From Raillietiella orientalis (taxonomy: Eukaryota): a stretch of 64,000 nt of DNA. Each line of letters opens with the position of its first letter. Within the stretch, counting starts at the first letter, position 1. The position numbers and the translations under genes were made by a program. The stretch covers positions 62,001 through 126,000 of the forward strand of contig JAYWIR010000083.1 of assembly GCA_036172245.1 (NCBI GenBank). Reading direction: 5' to 3'. Shown in pieces: positions 58,954 through 64,000 of the stretch. A model generated the notes under the pieces. That model had not been told where the DNA came from. It made no database searches and saw only the letters and a list, made by a program, of their open reading frames with translations.

Positions 58954-61199
58954 TGTGTGCACGCTTTCCGGTGTCCTGCCTTAATGTCGGGTTGACCACC
59001 ACATATGCGGCCGTAAAGACCTTTGCTTCTCGAGCAGCTTCTTTTCACCTGCTTGTGTCAAATGTGTTTTGCCGAGCAGCCTGCACCTACCTTCTCGAGA
59101 TTGGGAACGGTTTCCCCGCAAATAAATCCAGAAGACACACGAATTCGATCACTGACCACGTTCCAGGATTTTCCCGAACCAGATGACTTGAAAAATTCGA
59201 GGACATCATCGATTATGAGTTGGGGAAAAGAGGTCGGGTTGAAAGAGACAACAAGAATAACTTCCGCATACCTGTCAGCTTTCACCTTGTCGACCTTCTG
59301 ACCTCGGGTCTTGGGGAATAAACCAGCTCGACAGTTCAAACTAACCCAACTTTGAAGTAGCAATGTAAGTGGCTTGTGAAGATGGTGATTTCTACTTTGT
59401 CCTCTGCAAATCGCCTCGGAGTGCATCAGCAAAGGCTGACGATGCACGAGAAGTATCAGTAAAGGAGAAGTTGTGCAACACGAAGAAGAAGGAAAAAGGT
59501 GCAGCAAAAACAACATGAGATGATGGAAAAACGTGAAACAGGGAGAACTCCAAACACAATAACGTTCTTCTATGTCTGTGCGTGGACACTGGCTTACCAT
59601 GTTGAGAAGTTTTTCGAGGCGGTCGGTCTCCCATGTACAAAAAGTTGTTGTAGGGCCCAATTTATTAAACAAATTGGTGTTGGCGGAATGACTAAGCAGG
59701 CCAATTGGATGGCAGGTGCAGACGCTTGTTGTAGCAACTTTATTAGTTGTATTGATTTTTAATTTATTAACCACAGTGACGCGAACGTCCTTAATATTCG
59801 CGGAATACATATTTTGTATTTTCTTGAAGAGATTATTCCAAAATAAAGCATCAACGAAATTTTTATACACAACATGTTCTCTGCACGAATGGAAAGTGTG
59901 CGAGACGTTTCATCCACAGACACACATTTTGCCTGCATCGCTCGGGATTACCTTTATACACACCACACGTGCATCATGCATTTACCGTACGTTTCAAATA
60001 TGCTTACTTCATTTGTACATTGTTTCATGCAAAGAAAACCGTGGGTTATGAGGGAAAAAATAAAAGTTCCCTCGGAACTGTGCGGGAAAATGGCTCATTG
60101 CTGAAACCACGAGGGCTTCCTCGCATAGGCTCGGCGTCAATAACGCGCGTGGGTTGCCATAACACATTTGAAGCAAATAGGGAGTAACATACACCGTAGA
60201 AATAGTTATGCTGCTATGTGGGAAAATTATCATTGCATCATCATCTGGGAGGAAATGTCTCACTCGAAAATTTTTGCAAGGTGCTTCCATGGATAGCTCT
60301 TAATGCAAGTACCCGGCTTTATAATCAGTGAAATAAAATATCTCGGAATAAAATAAGACTACGAAAGTTTTCTTTTTTTTAAAGGAAGAAAATTTATGGT
60401 GCGTGCATGATTACAATTGAGAAGGCACTTTGGCACTTCGTGAAACTGCTAACACGACCTTTCGTATACGTGGAAGAGCTTGTACGAAATGAAATTTTAA
60501 CGGTGAGATCACTGTGATGTTACCCTGAAATATGGCATTGATATTGGAGCCTAAGAAGCGTTAGAATGCAAACATTTAGGAACTTTGCTGGCTTACGGGA
60601 AGAAACTCTACATTCTCCTACTCAAGAAAACGCCGATTTCTTACGTTCCTCGATTCATCTTTTTACCGAACATGTCTACTTTCAAGCTAATCTTAGCAGT
60701 TGTGATCTTGACGTGCATGCGTATCCATCTTTCCTTGTGTTCCTTACACATGTCCGCTCTCTCATCTAACAAAACGCAAAATTTATTTATTTCTGAACCC
60801 AAGATCAGTCCCGTTTTAATCTACAGGCTGATGATCTAGGATCTGCTCATAAGCTATTTTCAGCTTCCCACACTTTCACTTCTATTCCACAGCTTCAACC
60901 ACTTGGTCGGGGTATCTGCAGTAGTCCGACCTATTATCTCTTCGAGAGCCTGTTTCCGTTTTTCGCCTCCAGGGTTTTGCTCTTCACTGCTCCTTCTCAA
61001 GCGTCTACTTCCAAATGCTAGAATTTTTCAGCTGCAAGTTCTTCTCCGCTCCATCTCGGAGCGCACTTTGCCTGTCTTCCGACAACTGGTGGCAGCAGGT
61101 CGACGGCACGAGTGGACTGCAAAATTTCCAGACATCGCGCTGGTCGCTCCTGGTTGCAGCAGCTGCGCAGTTCAGAGTGGACCATCCACCATACGCAAG

Positions 61200-61500
61200 G
61201 AAGAGGACGGGCGGAGAGACGCGGACCCCTGCCAGACCGCGGGCGAGGGGCGCTCGGGGATGAGCACACACGCGCAACTGCGACGTCAGGAAGCGGAAGT
61301 GACCACCTTCGCTTCACCTTCCTCTCCCGTTTCCCCTGCTGCCGAAAGTTTTCGAGCTGATCTCAGCGGCGCCTTCCTCTCTGCCCAGACGGCGGACGTA
61401 GCGACCGCGCGCGATCCTCGGCTTCTGGGAGCGCGAGAGGCTCTTTTTGGAAACCCACGCGGCCGGGGAGCTCTGCTTTGAACCCGGTTACACCGGGCCG
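61200..61500. promoter_or_regulatory. CpG-rich patch with CRE-like and tandem Ets-like motifs; possible promoter
   Basis: gacgtcaggaagcggaagtg at ~61282-61301 in a local GC/CpG-rich island; the gene served is unknown. Confidence 0.3.
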
Positions 61501-61637
61501 TTTGTTTCACAAAAGAAATAAACATACAAGATAAACTCATCATTTTGGGTGGAGGGGAGCGAACTGGGATCGCCGCCAAGCCCAAGCAGGAGGAGGTCTG
61601 ACTAGGACGAACATCCTAACCCTCGGGCGTTGATGTC

Positions 61638-62163
61638 CAGGGCTGCCAATTAAGCGTGTTTCCCTACTGGGTCTCGTGTTTTGGGGGAACCCATCTAGCG
61701 GCTAAAAATATTTTATCACGCAGAGCGAGGATTCTAGAGGATTCAGATCACTGGCCACAGAATTTTAGAGGTTTTTCCATGCCTGCAAATAAAATTTTCA
61801 ATTGCGGAAGCTGTAAGTAGCCTGAAATAGAATTCCGGATGTTTTATCCACCCCTGTTTCAATCTTGGCGGAGTTGGAGCTACATTAATTAAATTATTGG
61901 ACTCTTGATAAAGATTATCGAGGAAAACGGTCTCCTTATTATCAGAATATTTTCATATTTAAATTGTGATTGTTGTAGTGCAGAGGCAACTCATTTGAGT
62001 ATTCCATTATAATTTACAGACTGTTCTAACGTTTTCTTTTATTATTATTGATAATAATAATAAATTCCTAGGTATTAAAATCTGGAGATTTTTTTCTTTT
62101 GGAAAATCTCGGGTTCTCGAAGGCCATCTAGCGTGAGTCCATTGACTTTTGTTGGCAACCCTG
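61638..62163. mobile_element. Non-autonomous hAT-like MITE (526 bp)
   Basis: Terminal inverted repeats cagggctgccaa / ttggcaaccctg (11/12), flanking 8-mers ttgatgtc / gcgatgtc (6/8, putative TSD), AT-rich non-coding interior. Confidence 0.7.
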
Positions 62164-62299
62164 GCGATGTCGTCGCTAATGTTCTGACTTAGCACAGGCC
62201 ATCGAAGGGCGCTCCGCAGAAGGAGAAAGGCCGAGTTCCAGCGATTTGGTTCTTGAAAGGATCATTCTGCGGAAAAAGTAGAGTGCTGCTATGGCCGCT

Positions 62300-63500
62300 G
62301 ACTCGGGGGATCCGTTTTGCAAGGAGGACCGGCGGGTGACGTCTTTCGCGCTGTCAGTAGGTTGTGAGACGGCGTGGGCTCCGAGTGTCCTTCCCCTCTT
62401 CGCACTCGCGAGCAGCCCAGTGGCAGGTGCGGCAGAGTCTCCTTCTCGTCGCAGCAGCTGCTGAGTGGGGACGCACGTGCGTGGTGCTTCCCGGAGTTGT
62501 TATGGAAGTCCCATTCAAGAAGAGAAGGCTGTTGTTTTGCAGCTTCGACGGGAGCGCTGTGTCCAGACACGGAAGGGGTCCGAGGTGGGGTGAGATGGCA
62601 GAGATTCCGTGGGGTTAGACCCAGCAGGCTGGTCCAGCGGTCCGGTCCTTTGGTCCAGTGCTTTGGAGTCGCCATGGAAAGGACTCGATTCCCACTGACT
62701 TTCCACGCTGTCTCCTGCTCACCATCATGTCTTTCTTGGAGGTGGTTCCAGAATGTTGCCCAGGTGGGGCCATCTCGTGGAAGTTCTCAAGAAAATTCCC
62801 GACCAGCGGGTGGCTTCCCTTCCATTCTGACCCTTTCTTGCGGCCCGCCATTCCGCGAAAACTACAGAGAACTGCAAGGCACGCGGCTGGCGGCGGTGCG
62901 GCACGCACACGAGGAGTCGTTTCAAAATGTCCCCGGGATTCCAAGGATCCTCGCTAGGCGATCCCCAAGAGGTCGGAAAGCAGCTCTGCCTAGAGGCAGG
63001 TGCCCTACCCCGGGTCCACTGATGAGGGCGCGCTTTGAACGGGATTCTCCAACGCAAGACCACATCCTGCCCTACTTGGGGAGAAAGGTGCCACTGTGCC
63101 AGCATGCCGGGAGACTTCAGGATGGCGAGCAGCTCGCCCCAGCGTGGAAGTCCTTGGGGTGGGGACAGTCGGGGTCGCAGCGTCCGTCAACTGCCGAGCT
63201 GGAGGGGTTGTCGGTCGGAGAAGCCTTAGCGAGGATTTCGCAGCGCCACGAAACCTCCCGAGGTGGCTCCTGTCGTAAAGTGAAAAAGGGGACCGACCGC
63301 CGCTGAGGCTTGCTCCTTCCCCGTGATGTCATCTTCCACGCTTCCATCCGCCGTCCCCGGTTGCCGTGTCCACGCCGAGAAGCTCGTCCTTTGATGCACG
63401 GCCTCTTGGGGCTGGAAGAAGCGCCAACGGCACCCGAAATGGGCGATGCCATCCCCCCCCCCACACACACATGCACACACAGCGGACAGCAACCCACTTA
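62300..63500 (-). mobile_element. Decayed L1/Tx1-like ORF2 3' region
   Basis: RRMEAWKMTSRGRS (RL..WK..LS..GR-like), MLAQW, EWDFHN and SSCCDEKETLPHLPLGCSRV (CCHC-type finger), in order on the minus strand. Confidence 0.55.
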
Positions 63501-64000
63501 TGCTGGAAGGAACGCTGCCGTGCAGTCGCCCCCAGCAGCGACGCCATGCCTTCCTGGCGGGAGTTCCGACCGGAAGAGACCGGCGCTGACGTAGGGCGCT
63601 GCTGTCCACCGGCGGAGGGGATTCGTTCCACTTCATTCGGACTAGGGAAGCATCACGTCACAGGTCACGTGACTCGAGATGGCTCGCCAGCTCGGGCCAG
63701 CCGTCGGATGTGGAGGGACGCTCCCGGAGGAGAGAAGAGCGCAGCAGCTGCGCCGTCGCCCGCTGAGCGGTCCTCGAGGTATCTGCCCGAGGCGCCGCCG
63801 CTCTCGACTCCCTCAGGCGCCTGGGGAAAATCGGGGGAAGCCCTCAGCCCTTTTCCGTCTCCCGTGCTCGGAGTCAATCTTCCCGGTTGCTTCGGGGGTT
63901 GCGTCGAGGGAGCGCAGTCCCACAAGCGTCACGTGCTTTTGCGGGTGCAAGACGCCTGCTCCTTCGCCCGCCGGCCTCATCCCGAAGGGACTGGAGGGGC

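Noticed and set aside
62374..63306. 310-aa plus-strand ORF as a gene
   Set aside because: It is GC-rich, has no recognisable motif, and lies antisense to a decayed LINE ORF2.

Overview
Eukaryotic, very probably arthropod, genomic DNA; I see no prokaryotic features and no CRISPR array. The first ~52 kb is comparatively GC-rich and repeat-dense. It holds four widely spaced + strand exons that splice into a two-Ig-domain Dpr-family cell-surface protein (first and last exons not located). Around them lie decayed non-LTR retroelements (L1/Tx1-like, Utopia/NeSL-like, one probable Penelope-like), a ~0.8 kb tRNA-headed SINE-like family and a truncated 5S rRNA-derived sequence. The ~53-62 kb part is AT-richer and compact. 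It holds an uninterrupted GSTCD ORF (+) converging to within 47 bp on a 7-exon FRMD5/FRMD3-like FERM gene (-) with mostly 45-51 nt introns, followed by a hAT-like MITE. I did not find a convincing new multi-gene system. The best signals are footprints of local genome dynamics: a 112-bp piece of a FERM exon pasted 18 kb away between 10-bp direct repeats, a ~470-bp probable gene-conversion tract between two old SINE copies, a fold-back duplication at a retroelement 5' end, and ~140-bp direct repeats flanking a Utopia-like relic. Family assignments come from motifs recalled from memory, not from database searches, and relic boundaries are approximate.
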